Source: Gemmatimonadaceae bacterium (GTDB taxonomy: Bacteria; Gemmatimonadota; Gemmatimonadetes; Gemmatimonadales; Gemmatimonadaceae). Taken from it: DNA of 64,000 bases. The notes beneath the pieces are model-generated. The model did not search any database, was not told the origin of the DNA, and saw only the letters and a program-made list of their open reading frames with translations. This document shows positions 46,554 through 55,555 of the stretch, piece by piece (positions within the stretch are counted from its first letter, which is position 1; each line of letters starts with the position of its first letter). A program made the translations under genes and the position numbers. Location: positions 3,942 to 67,941 of the forward strand of contig JACMPK010000024.1 in NCBI GenBank assembly GCA_014377535.1. The letters are read 5' to 3'.

Positions 46554-47509
46554 GCGAATCGACATCGATGACCAGCAACGGCGAGCCTTCGGGTTCGCCG
46601 TTGTTCGTCCACTACTTCACGCTGGACGTCTTCACCGACCAGCGCTTCGGCGGCAACCAGCTGGCCGTGATCCTCGACGCCCGCGGCCTGACCAGCGACG
46701 AGATGCTGCGGGTCACGCGCGAATTCAACTTCTCCGAAACCACGTTCGTCCTGCCGGCTGAAGACGCCGTGATGACGCGACGGGTCCGCATCTTCACGCC
46801 CGGCGGCGAGGTGCCGTTCGCGGGGCATCCCACTGTCGGTACGGCGATCGCGCTGGTCTTCTCGGGCGACGTGACGACCGGCGGCGACGACGTGCAGATC
46901 GTGCTCGGCGAGAACGTGGGACCGGTGCCGGTCACCGTGCGCCTGCGCGACGGCGTGCCGGAATGGGCACAGCTCTCGGTCGCACAGATGCCGAACGAGG
47001 AACCGCCGCTCGATCCGGCGCTGATCTGCGAGGTGCTAGGCCTGCAGCTCTCCGACCTGTTGCCGCTGCAGACGCATGCGCCACGCGTCACGTCGTGCGG
47101 ACTGCCCTTCCTGATCGTGCCCGTTGCAACACGTGACGCGGTGGAGCGTGCGCGTGTGCAGGTGGAGCCTTTCGAGCGGAGTTTCCGCAACACCTCGGCC
47201 GACATGATGCTGGTGTTCGCACCGATCAGCGACACACCGGGCGTGGACATTCACTGCCGCGTGTTCTGCCCGGGCGTTGCCGTACCGGAAGATCCGGCGA
47301 CCGGCAGCGCCAACGCCGCGCTTGGCGGATATCTCGCTGCCCGCACACCGCGCACCGGCACACTGCGCTGGATCACGCAGCAGGGCATCGAGATGGGCCG
47401 GCCGAGCAGGCTGGAGATCGAAGTGGACAAGGTGGGAACCGCGATCACCGCGGTGCGGGTTGGTGGCAGCGCGGTGCTGATGTCGGAAGGGCGGCTGCGG
47501 GTGCGCTGA
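46550..47509 (+). CDS. PhzF family isomerase-like protein
   Basis: FTLDVFTDQRFGGNQLAVI, FNFSETTFV and FAGHPTVGTA patterns. The ATG overlaps the pruA stop (ATGA). Confidence 0.82.
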   Translation: MSESTSMTSNGEPSGSPLFVHYFTLDVFTDQRFGGNQLAVILDARGLTSDEMLRVTREFNFSETTFVLPAEDAVMTRRVRIFTPGGEVPFAGHPTVGTAIALVFSGDVTTGGDDVQIVLGENVGPVPVTVRLRDGVPEWAQLSVAQMPNEEPPLDPALICEVLGLQLSDLLPLQTHAPRVTSCGLPFLIVPVATRDAVERARVQVEPFERSFRNTSADMMLVFAPISDTPGVDIHCRVFCPGVAVPEDPATGSANAALGGYLAARTPRTGTLRWITQQGIEMGRPSRLEIEVDKVGTAITAVRVGGSAVLMSEGRLRVR

Positions 47510-47540
47510 TTCTGGTTCCCTGCTTGCAGCAGACCGCAAA

Positions 47541-47725
47541 CTCTGCTCGCACGGAGCCGCAGATGCACGGAGACGTGCAACAGCGTTCTTGGGATGCACG
47601 GTACGAACGCTGCACTGCAGACCGCGCGCCGCTCTCGTATGTGCTGCGCACAACGCCGAACGCGCATCGCAGTTTGCGAGGCCTTTCCAGCTGAGCGTCT
47701 CCGCTGACTCCGTGCAATCAGAGTC
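47541..47725. repeat. CGGAG-octamer palindromic element, copy B (185 bp, diverged)
   Basis: Left arm ACTCTGCTCGCACGGAGCCGCAGATGCACGGAGACG. The reverse complement of the right arm is ACTCTGATTGCACGGAGTCAGCGGAGACG. It lies between convergent genes. Confidence 0.75.
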
Positions 47726-47755
47726 GACGATGCGAACGCGCACTGGGGCCGTTCG

Positions 47756-48637
47756 TCAGCCGCGCAGGTTGCGCAGATATCGTTCGGGATCTGCCAGAAA
47801 ATCGCGTGTCAGGCGCACATGTTCCGTCTGATCCCATGCGACCTCGGTGATCGGCGTCTCGTCGAACGAATGGATCCTCGCACCCGGAAAGGCGAGCAGC
47901 AGTGGTGAGTGGGTCGCGATGATGAACTGCGCGCCCTCGGCCACGAGGTCGAACATCATGGCCAGCAGCGCGAGCTGCCGTTGGGGCGAGAGCGCGGCCT
48001 CGGGCTCGTCCATCAGGTACAGCCCGCGCGGTACGAGTCGCTGCTGAAAAAAGTTCAGAAACGCCTCGCCGTGCGACCGCGCATCAGGATCGGCACCATA
48101 GCGATTCTCCATATCCTGCAGGCTGGCGCGCACCGGTCCCATGGCGAGCGCCTTTGCATGCGCCGAGCGGTCCGCATACTCTTCCTCCATGCGCGCCAGT
48201 GTCTCCACGAACTCCGCACGCTCGCGCTTGAGCAGATTCTGGAATCCGAAAAAGTCCTCGGCGCGCAGGAAGAATCCGCGGTTGCTGCGCGAACGCCAGC
48301 TGAGCGTGAGCGCACGCGAGAGCTTGAGCTGCTCAGTTAGCGTCGGATCGTCCTGCGCACGACCGGCCGCACCAGCCGACGGCAGTGACGCTGCGATCGC
48401 GATCGCCTCCAGCAGCGTGGACTTGCCCGAGCCGTTCTCGCCCACGAAACAACACACCGGCGCATCGAGGTCGAGCGTACCGAGTGCCGCGATCGTGGGC
48501 ACGGTAAACGGAAACTGCGCGCGCGTCCTCGACCAGTCCGGGTGCGTATGCGTCACGCTGCGCAGCTGCGGTGCGCCGTCGTGCGACACATCGGTCATCG
48601 GTGTTGCGGTCGTGCGCCGTCTCGGTGCGCGCGTCAT
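47756..48637 (-). CDS. AAA/ABC-like ATPase (SMC/RecF-type P-loop, AAA_15/21-like)
   Basis: Walker A GENGSGKST, Walker B/D-loop LYLMDEPEAALSP, H-loop ATHSP. Start uncertain (ATG 48637 or 48598); the longer ORF runs into repeat copy C. Confidence 0.78.
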   Translation of the reverse strand: MTRAPRRRTTATPMTDVSHDGAPQLRSVTHTHPDWSRTRAQFPFTVPTIAALGTLDLDAPVCCFVGENGSGKSTLLEAIAIAASLPSAGAAGRAQDDPTLTEQLKLSRALTLSWRSRSNRGFFLRAEDFFGFQNLLKRERAEFVETLARMEEEYADRSAHAKALAMGPVRASLQDMENRYGADPDARSHGEAFLNFFQQRLVPRGLYLMDEPEAALSPQRQLALLAMMFDLVAEGAQFIIATHSPLLLAFPGARIHSFDETPITEVAWDQTEHVRLTRDFLADPERYLRNLRG

Positions 48638-48699
48638 GTCAGGCGCGGCCGTCAGCAGTGCGCATGGCTCCAGGCTGTGTGCGTGGCTCGCAGATCGTC

Positions 48700-48855
48700 G
48701 ACTCCGCTCACACGGAGACTCGGAGCCGCGGAGGAACAGCATCGGCTGCTGGTGTGACGCCGTTCAAAAGAAATCTGTTGATGAACAACTCGCGCGAACG
48801 GAGGATTGCATGGTCGCACAATCCTCCGCGGCACCGCGGCTCCGTGTGAGCGGAA
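48700..48855. repeat. CGGAG-octamer palindromic element, copy C (156 bp)
   Basis: Left arm ACTCCGCTCACACGGAGACTCGGAGCCGCGGAGG. The reverse complement of the right arm is ATTCCGCTCACACGGAGCCGCGGTGCCGCGGAGG. Inner hairpin GGAGGATTG...CAATCCTCC. Confidence 0.8.
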
Positions 48856-48913
48856 TTGAAAGATCGTACTCTGCGCACGCACCCTCCGAGCCGCACGCTG
48901 TACCGGCACCGAC

Positions 48914-51553
48914 CTAAAACCGCGCACCGAGCGAAAGATCGACGCGCGTGCCCTTGCGTGGGTAGATGCCGCGCGCAGCGTCGACGCGAACGAGCCCGTC
49001 CACGAAGGATGAGCCAAAGCCCCAGCCCGAGATCGGGCGACCCGGCTTCATGACGTCGGCACGGCTACCGGCCCAGCCGAGATCGAGGAACACCGTGCGC
49101 TTTGCACCGACGTTGCCAAATCCAAGCTCGGTGCGTGACAGCCAGTAGGTGTCACCCACACGTGTGCCCGCCAGCTGACCGCGCACCGTGCGCAGTCCAC
49201 CCATGAAGAACTGGCGCTGCAGTGGCACGCTGTTCGTCGCCGTGCCGGCGCTGGCCGTCTGCGCGGCGGAAAACTTCCAGAACAACGGGCGTGACACCGT
49301 GATCTCACCGAGCGCACGCGCGTAGTTGAAGTTGCCGCCAGCAGCCTCGCCGCGAAGGTCGGTGCTCACGCTCCAGCCGCGCGGATCCAGGCCGTAGCTT
49401 GCACGCCATTCACCTGCCGCACCACCGATGCTTCCCTCCTCGGCGATGATGTTGTCCGGCATGACGCGGCGATCCTTGAAAGCGTTCGCGAGGTTGAAGT
49501 TCCACCGCTTGCGCGCATCGTCGTGTCGCTCGCCGAACGCGCGCCATTGCAGCTGTCCGTTCGTCGTCTCCTTCACCCACGTGAACTCTGCGCCCAGCTT
49601 GCGATAGTAGAATCCTTCATCGCGACCATAGAGCAGCGTCGCCATGGACGCGCCGAGCGACAGCGGATCGCCGAAGTCGTTCACGTAGCCAAGGCGGCGA
49701 AACGCCGCAGCCTGGATCGTCGTCCGCCCGTTGGTGCGCGCCAGCCGCAGCTCGCCGTTGGGCTGCCAGTCAGCCACGCCGATACGAGCCGCACCTGATG
49801 CCGTGTAGCCAAGGCCAAGCGGCCAGCGCACCTCACCGCCGAGCGAGAGTCCTTCCACCCGATTGTAGCGCTGCTGCCTGAGACCCACGTCGAACTGCAG
49901 CGGCTGCGGCCCGAACGCCGGCTGCAGCGAGAGCCCCAGCGTGCTCGCCAGTGACTCGGCGTCACGCTGCGAGAACACCGCCTCGTTGGCATCATACGGC
50001 GACTCCGGCAGCTCCTTCGAGGTGGCCAGCGCGGTAGAGTCGCACGGCAGCTTCACGGCGTATTGCAGCGCGCCTTCGTACCGCGATTCCATACGCGTGT
50101 AATAACCACCGCTGCGCGCACACTCCGCGTCGCGCACCTGGCGCCGCGCCGTACGGATGGATGCACGCACCAGCGAATCGCCATAGGCGCGCATCTTCCG
50201 CGCAGCGCGTGACGAGTCGGTGGCGACGGGTACCGGCTTGCCGGCGAGAGCGAGCAGGGAGTCGCGTGTTGCCGCGCGCTGCGTGCGAACGACCGCCACG
50301 AGCGAGTCGCGATGGCTGTCGTACAGCGAGTCGGCGACGTAGCGTGTGCGCACCGCCAGCGCGGTGGTATCCAGCGGCAGCGCCGGTTTCAGTCCATACG
50401 CCTTCAGAAGCGAGTCCTTCACGGCAAGTCGACGCGCACGCGTTTCGCGCAGCTCGTTCACCTCGTCGGTCACCACGTCTTCGCAGGCCGGTGCACAGAT
50501 CTGCATGCTGGGACTGGTGCGCGACGCACTCGCCAGCGTCGGCATCGGCGGCAGCGGACTGGTTCCATCCACGTCGTCGTACTTGTAGCTCTCCTCGATC
50601 CGCACCGGCGTGCGCAGGAATGTCAGCTGCGACGTGCCCTCGGCACGATTGACGCGCGGCAGCCAGAACCTGCCCTCGTACAGGGCGTATTCCACCGTGA
50701 CCAGGTTGATGTCGAAGCGCAGCGGGTTGATGAGGCCGCGCACCAATGCCGGCGGCATTTCATCCTTCGCAGCCTTCACGCGAGCGGCACGGCGCGGCGT
50801 GGTGTCACGCTCGGCTTCCTCGAGCTCCTTCTTCGCGTCGGCAATGGCCTCGGACCAGATCTCCAGCGGTGCCGACAGCCGATAGGCCGCGCGCACCAGC
50901 GATCCGCTGCGCGTGTCGAACCAGAAGCTGCCGACGAAGCTGCGCCACTCCGGGCGCCTCGCGATCACCTTCAGCTCACGCAGCGTGATGCCGTCGCCGG
51001 TCGGCAGCGTGATGCGCAGCGAATCGCCGATCCGGTAGCGGTAGTACGCCTCGCTGCCACTCGCGAGCGGATGAATGAAGCCCTCTGTCTCGTCCACGTC
51101 GCCACGTACGATGCGTGCGTCGCTGCTCGGAATCCAGAGCTGCTCGCGACCGGGAAAATACGGCACCGGAATCAACGATGCAGCCACGCCGCTGACGTTG
51201 ACGTTCTTCGACATCGGCACGGTGGTACGCGATGCGAGCGGCTCGATCCACATGCCCTGTCCGCGTCGCCACTTCACGTTCGACACGTTCTCGGTGCGGA
51301 AGAGCAGCCGGTTCCGCGTCAAAACCGAGGTACCGAGGTTGACCGTGATGCGGGCCTGCGTCTTCGCGTCGTACCCGCGCAGGGCCGAGTCCTGCGAAAC
51401 GCGCGCGCGGCGCGCCAGCTGCAGGAGCGCCCGCGAGGCACTGTCGGAGAACGCGCTCGCCTGCAGCGCCGCGGTGACCGGACGACGGCGAACAGGTTCC
51501 GGCGTGGCGGGTGCGGGCTGCTGGAGCAGCAGGAAGAGTGCAGAAATGATCAT
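48914..51553 (-). CDS. Omp85/BamA-family (surface antigen D15) outer membrane protein
   Basis: C-terminal beta-barrel with the FFMGGLRTVRG L6-like motif and terminal ...SLGARF. Start at the internal ATG (MIISALF). Confidence 0.72.
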   Translation of the reverse strand: MIISALFLLLQQPAPATPEPVRRRPVTAALQASAFSDSASRALLQLARRARVSQDSALRGYDAKTQARITVNLGTSVLTRNRLLFRTENVSNVKWRRGQGMWIEPLASRTTVPMSKNVNVSGVAASLIPVPYFPGREQLWIPSSDARIVRGDVDETEGFIHPLASGSEAYYRYRIGDSLRITLPTGDGITLRELKVIARRPEWRSFVGSFWFDTRSGSLVRAAYRLSAPLEIWSEAIADAKKELEEAERDTTPRRAARVKAAKDEMPPALVRGLINPLRFDINLVTVEYALYEGRFWLPRVNRAEGTSQLTFLRTPVRIEESYKYDDVDGTSPLPPMPTLASASRTSPSMQICAPACEDVVTDEVNELRETRARRLAVKDSLLKAYGLKPALPLDTTALAVRTRYVADSLYDSHRDSLVAVVRTQRAATRDSLLALAGKPVPVATDSSRAARKMRAYGDSLVRASIRTARRQVRDAECARSGGYYTRMESRYEGALQYAVKLPCDSTALATSKELPESPYDANEAVFSQRDAESLASTLGLSLQPAFGPQPLQFDVGLRQQRYNRVEGLSLGGEVRWPLGLGYTASGAARIGVADWQPNGELRLARTNGRTTIQAAAFRRLGYVNDFGDPLSLGASMATLLYGRDEGFYYRKLGAEFTWVKETTNGQLQWRAFGERHDDARKRWNFNLANAFKDRRVMPDNIIAEEGSIGGAAGEWRASYGLDPRGWSVSTDLRGEAAGGNFNYARALGEITVSRPLFWKFSAAQTASAGTATNSVPLQRQFFMGGLRTVRGQLAGTRVGDTYWLSRTELGFGNVGAKRTVFLDLGWAGSRADVMKPGRPISGWGFGSSFVDGLVRVDAARGIYPRKGTRVDLSLGARF

Positions 51554-51721
51554 GGGTGCCTGGTGGTGAACTGGGCGTCGACAGCCTGTACGACAGCGTA
51601 CGCGTACAGGTTCCAGCCGGCCATGTCGGGTAAACAGGCAGTTGCGTGCAGTGCCGCCAACGCAGCGCCGATACTGGCAAGCGAGCGCGATGTTCTGCGC
51701 AGCCCCCAAGCCCACCGCAGT

Positions 51722-52687
51722 ATGCATGAGCCATCACTTCCCGGTGCGGATCGCCGTTCCGCAAACGATCCATCGGGCCTCGAGCGTCGGTTGACGTCCA
51801 TCCTGCAATCATCGCCGGCACCCACTGTCTGCGTGGCTCGAAGCCGCGACGAGGGCGGCGACCTGATGGTCGCCGGCGCGTCGCTGCTGGAGCATGTGCG
51901 CTTCCGCGTTGCCGCGCTGCAGCGATCCGGCATGCGGCGCGACGACATCCTGGCCAGCGATGCCGTCGGCATCGGGCGCGTGGTCGATGCGCTGGCCACC
52001 GTGATGGGCGGTTTCGTGTACTGGCCCTACAGCGACCATCGTCGTATTTCCGAGGGGCCGCTGGTCACGGACTCCGGTGCGCCGCTGGTCTGGCGTCCGA
52101 ATCCGCTGGTCGGCGTGAACCTCGCGCCTGGCATGCCGCACGAGCCGCCAGCCGCGCTGCCCATGCGACTCTCGGTACGGTTGCTCAACGCGATGGCGAA
52201 TGCGGGGCCGCAGGTCCGCGCACTGGCCGACGCGCGCGCCGATGCTCCGCCGTTCGCGATCAATTCGCAAACCATCGGCCGACTGGGCGCCACGTTGCGC
52301 CGCCGCCTTGGCATCAAGCGCCAGAGTCTGCGGTTCTGCGCCGCACCGGCCGAGTCGGCGGCCGGCATTCTGCTCGATATCCTGCCTGCGATCGCCGCGC
52401 GTCAGGTGATGGTGGTGCCGAACGAGCCCGATCCGTCGTCCACGACCATCGTGCGTGCCATCGGCCGCTACCATCCCGACTCGATGACACTGACGCTCGC
52501 GCAGGCCACTGCACTGGTGGACACACCGGCCGACGAGCACACCATGACGGCGATGCGACAGTTGCACCTGCTGATCGCTGACACCTGCCCCGTTCCACTG
52601 CCGCTGCGCGAGCGGCTCACCACGATGGTCGGACGGCTGGACATTGCGTACATCCTGGCCGAGTCGGGTGACGCGTACCTGCTCTGA
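51722..52687 (+). CDS. hypothetical protein, weak resemblance to the N-terminal domain of ANL (adenylate-forming) enzymes
   Basis: Only the 3' third of the 791-aa ORF looks coding. It is divergent from the Omp85 gene. The resemblance is a spacing pattern only (see findings). Confidence 0.45.
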   Translation: MHEPSLPGADRRSANDPSGLERRLTSILQSSPAPTVCVARSRDEGGDLMVAGASLLEHVRFRVAALQRSGMRRDDILASDAVGIGRVVDALATVMGGFVYWPYSDHRRISEGPLVTDSGAPLVWRPNPLVGVNLAPGMPHEPPAALPMRLSVRLLNAMANAGPQVRALADARADAPPFAINSQTIGRLGATLRRRLGIKRQSLRFCAAPAESAAGILLDILPAIAARQVMVVPNEPDPSSTTIVRAIGRYHPDSMTLTLAQATALVDTPADEHTMTAMRQLHLLIADTCPVPLPLRERLTTMVGRLDIAYILAESGDAYLL

Positions 52688-52723
52688 CATGCCGGGCGCG
52701 TGGGACGCGACAGAAGGAACGCA

Positions 52724-52768
52724 CGACAAAATCGAACGGCGCGGCGCTGACGATCTCGCCGCACCGTT
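52724..52768 (-). terminator. intrinsic terminator after the TonB-dependent receptor gene
   Basis: 13-bp stem GAACGGCGCGGCG / CGCCGCACCGTTC with one mismatch, followed on the minus strand by GATTTTGTCG. Confidence 0.5.
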
Positions 52769-52789
52769 CCCGCATCGCTGCCTGTAACG

Positions 52790-55087
52790 TCAGAACTCCC
52801 AGTTGATCCCGATGCTTGGCAGCAGCCCGATGCTCTCGTTGGGCACCGGCGCCCGGCGCCGCGCATCCCACGCGATCTGCGAGACGTTCTTTCGCGCGGT
52901 CGCGTTCTGCACGTCGATGTACGTCACCAGCTGCGACCGGCGGAATACGAAGCGACGGTCGATTCGCAGGTCGAGCGCGAAGAACGGCGGCAGGCGCTCG
53001 CCATCGTTGTAGCGGGTGAAGTCACGCTGCCCGGTTTCTAGGAACGGTGTCGTCGGAAGCCCCGCCGCCGCTCTCACGCGACCGCTGAACTCCCAGCGCG
53101 CATTCGGTCGCCAGCCAAGCAGGCCGTTGAAGACCATGGGTGAATCGAACGAACCGATGGAGGTGCTGCCATCGAGTCCCCGGAACCGCGTGCGATTGTA
53201 GCTGGCGCTGATCAATCCGTAGACAGGCACGTCGCTGAGCCGCTTCTGCAGCAGCACCTCGGCCCCACGCACCGACCCGGTACCCTGTGCGACCAGCGGC
53301 TCCAGTCCGTACGGAATGTCGTTCGTCACATCGTCGAAACCGCTTGGCTGCAATACGGCACGGCGGCGAAATGCGCGTGCCGGATAGTCCGAGTATCGCT
53401 TGCCGTATGTCTCGACCTGCAGCTTCAGGTCGGGACGGAGCAACCGCTGCCAGCCCGCCACCACCTGGTCGGCGCGCAACGGCTGCAGCGTCTGCCGGTT
53501 CTCCGGGTCACCAACCAGCCAGATCGGCTGCGGCGCTTGATAGTATTGGCCGCCGGCGAGTGTGAACGTGTTCACGTCATCCACGCTCCAGGCCAGTGCA
53601 CCACGCGGCGCGATGCGAATTTCGTTGCGCAGGAACTGGTACCAATCTCCGCGCACACCGAGTGTGAGGCGCAGGCGATCCGTGAGCTGCACGCTGCTCT
53701 GCACGTATCCCGCCTGACGGAACGCCGTGAACGACGTGTCCACGCGCAATGATCGCGGCACGCCATTCTGATCCACACGCAACGCCCCGGGCAGCGTGAT
53801 GTCGTAGTCCAGCGCGCCGGCGTACTTCGCCACCAGGCCAGCGGAGAGCTCTGTGCGTGCGGAGAGCTGCAGCGTGAGGTCGGTGCGCAACGACGTCTCT
53901 CCCTCGGTGGACTGCGCGCCGAAGACCTGCTGTGGCGGGTTGGACGAGTCGCGCTGCGCGGCGTCGAAACGGCTCCACGTGCGACCGAGTGTCGTGGTCA
54001 GCACGCCGTTGTGCAGCAGCCGCTTCCAGGTCGCGCCGGCGATGTACTGGTCCTGCGATGACCCAAGTACGCTGGAGTTTTCGAAGCGGTCATCAGCGTC
54101 GTTGTTCTTGAACGTGATCCGGTCGCGCGCACCGACGAAGAGGAACGACAGCTCGTCACGCGCGCTGGGCCGCTGCACGGCCTTCAGCGTCACATCCGTG
54201 TACGCCGGAATGAACGGGAAGCCGACCGCGTTGAACACGAAGTCCAGGTAGCTGCGACGCGCGCTCACCAGCAGCGAGCCATCGTTCGGCAGCGGGCCCT
54301 CGACGATTGCACCGAGTCCCGTGGCGGAGAGGTTCAGCGTCGTCGCGCGCCTCGCGCGATTTCCTTCGCGCAGCGAGATCGTCGTCACGCTGGACGTGCG
54401 GTCGCCATAGCGAACGCCGAAGCCGCCGGCGCTCAGCGCGGCGTCCTTCACGAACTCGATGGGGATCAGTGACACCGGACCGCCGGTGGAGCCCTGCGTG
54501 CCGAAGTGATTCAGGTTCGGCACCTCGATGTTGTCCACTACGAAAAGATTCTCGAATGGCGCACCGCCACGCACCACGAGGTCGTTGCGGCCGGCGGTGG
54601 TCACGCCGACGCCCGGCAGCACGCTCACAGCGCGAATCACATCTTCCTGCACGCCCGGCGTCCGTCGGATCTCCTCGGCGGTGAACCGTTGCGTGCTGAC
54701 CGGCGATTCGCGCGTCGGCTCGAAATAGCTGGGCGCGACATCCACCGTTGCCAGCTGCACCACGCGCGGCTGCAGCTCGATGACCACCGTGGTCGGCTTG
54801 CCGACGCTCACCACGACATCGCTGCGCACGATCGGCGCAAAGCCGATGGCGCGCACCTCGAGCCGCACCACCCCGACCGGCACCCGCAGCGTGAAGCGAC
54901 CATCCGCGCCGGTGACCGCGGCAATGTCGGTGCCGCCAACGCGGATCGACGCGCCTTCGATGGGCTGCTGCGTGGGACCCGATCGCACGCGCCCGTCGAT
55001 CAGGCCCGTGCGTGTCGTCTCCTGCGCCTGCGCCACGGGCGCGCCCGCGAGCAGCGCGACGAGCATCAGGTATGCGCGTTGGCTCAT
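52790..55087 (-). CDS. TonB-dependent receptor with N-terminal carboxypeptidase-regulatory-like domain
   Basis: Signal peptide, a CarboxypepD_reg-like segment (GRVRS...PIEGASIRV...TGADGRFTL), a plug domain, and a 22-strand-type barrel ending INWEF. Confidence 0.88.
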   Translation of the reverse strand: MSQRAYLMLVALLAGAPVAQAQETTRTGLIDGRVRSGPTQQPIEGASIRVGGTDIAAVTGADGRFTLRVPVGVVRLEVRAIGFAPIVRSDVVVSVGKPTTVVIELQPRVVQLATVDVAPSYFEPTRESPVSTQRFTAEEIRRTPGVQEDVIRAVSVLPGVGVTTAGRNDLVVRGGAPFENLFVVDNIEVPNLNHFGTQGSTGGPVSLIPIEFVKDAALSAGGFGVRYGDRTSSVTTISLREGNRARRATTLNLSATGLGAIVEGPLPNDGSLLVSARRSYLDFVFNAVGFPFIPAYTDVTLKAVQRPSARDELSFLFVGARDRITFKNNDADDRFENSSVLGSSQDQYIAGATWKRLLHNGVLTTTLGRTWSRFDAAQRDSSNPPQQVFGAQSTEGETSLRTDLTLQLSARTELSAGLVAKYAGALDYDITLPGALRVDQNGVPRSLRVDTSFTAFRQAGYVQSSVQLTDRLRLTLGVRGDWYQFLRNEIRIAPRGALAWSVDDVNTFTLAGGQYYQAPQPIWLVGDPENRQTLQPLRADQVVAGWQRLLRPDLKLQVETYGKRYSDYPARAFRRRAVLQPSGFDDVTNDIPYGLEPLVAQGTGSVRGAEVLLQKRLSDVPVYGLISASYNRTRFRGLDGSTSIGSFDSPMVFNGLLGWRPNARWEFSGRVRAAAGLPTTPFLETGQRDFTRYNDGERLPPFFALDLRIDRRFVFRRSQLVTYIDVQNATARKNVSQIAWDARRRAPVPNESIGLLPSIGINWEF

Positions 55088-55170
55088 GGAACGTAGAACG
55101 ATGTGCATGGCAGGCAGGCAGCAAGGACCCATGGATGAGCAGTCACGAGTTCGACGCGCGATTTAGGCTG

Positions 55171-55222
55171 CAACGCAAAGGAGCCCGGCACCGCAGCCGT
55201 GAAGGCGCAGGTGCCGGGCTCC
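55171..55222 (-). terminator. terminator-like hairpin after rpmG
   Basis: 12-bp stem GGAGCCCGGCAC / GTGCCGGGCTCC, followed on the minus strand by TTTGCGTTG. Confidence 0.45.
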
Positions 55223-55244
55223 GCGCGTAGCGCGGCACCGTGAC

Positions 55245-55406
55245 TTACTTGGTTTCCTTGAACAGCACGTGCTTCTTGACGACGGGATCGTACTTCTTCA
55301 TCTCGATCCGCTCAGGATGCAGACGTGCATTCTTGGTCTTGTGATACGTGTACGGTGATTCCGTGCTGCGCAACTTGATGTTGATGCGCTTGCCCTTAGC
55401 GGCCAT
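55245..55406 (-). CDS. rpmG: 50S ribosomal protein L33
   Basis: [61 protein letters not shown] lies 5 nt upstream. Confidence 0.9.
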   Translation of the reverse strand: MAAKGKRINIKLRSTESPYTYHKTKNARLHPERIEMKKYDPVVKKHVLFKETK

Positions 55407-55555
55407 GATGCTCCTCGCGGGGTACTGGTTCCTGTAGCCTCCAAACGTATAACGGCCCAGTTCGGGATGCGAGGGGTGACTCCGAGCAAATTCGCGATCG
55501 TCTTCCAACCGAACGGCCCTCCGCGCCGGCGTCGAGGGCTGCTACACTGCGCTGC

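Noticed and set aside
44901-46565. 554-aa ORF antisense to the entire P5C dehydrogenase gene.
   Set aside because: This is the same situation. The sense strand matches ALDH4-type enzymes nearly colinearly, while the antisense product is low-complexity (R/G/A/V/H) with no family signature.
50312-51721. The 5' two-thirds of the 791-aa plus-strand ORF 50312..52687.
   Set aside because: It overlaps the Omp85-family gene on the opposite strand and has an R/H/Q-rich spurious-looking composition. Only the part from ATG 51722 onward, outside the Omp85 gene, looks coding.
55088-55244. Region upstream of the TonB-dependent receptor, examined for a cobalamin or other riboswitch.
   Set aside because: It is too short once the rpmG terminator hairpins are accounted for, and no B12-box-like sequence was seen.
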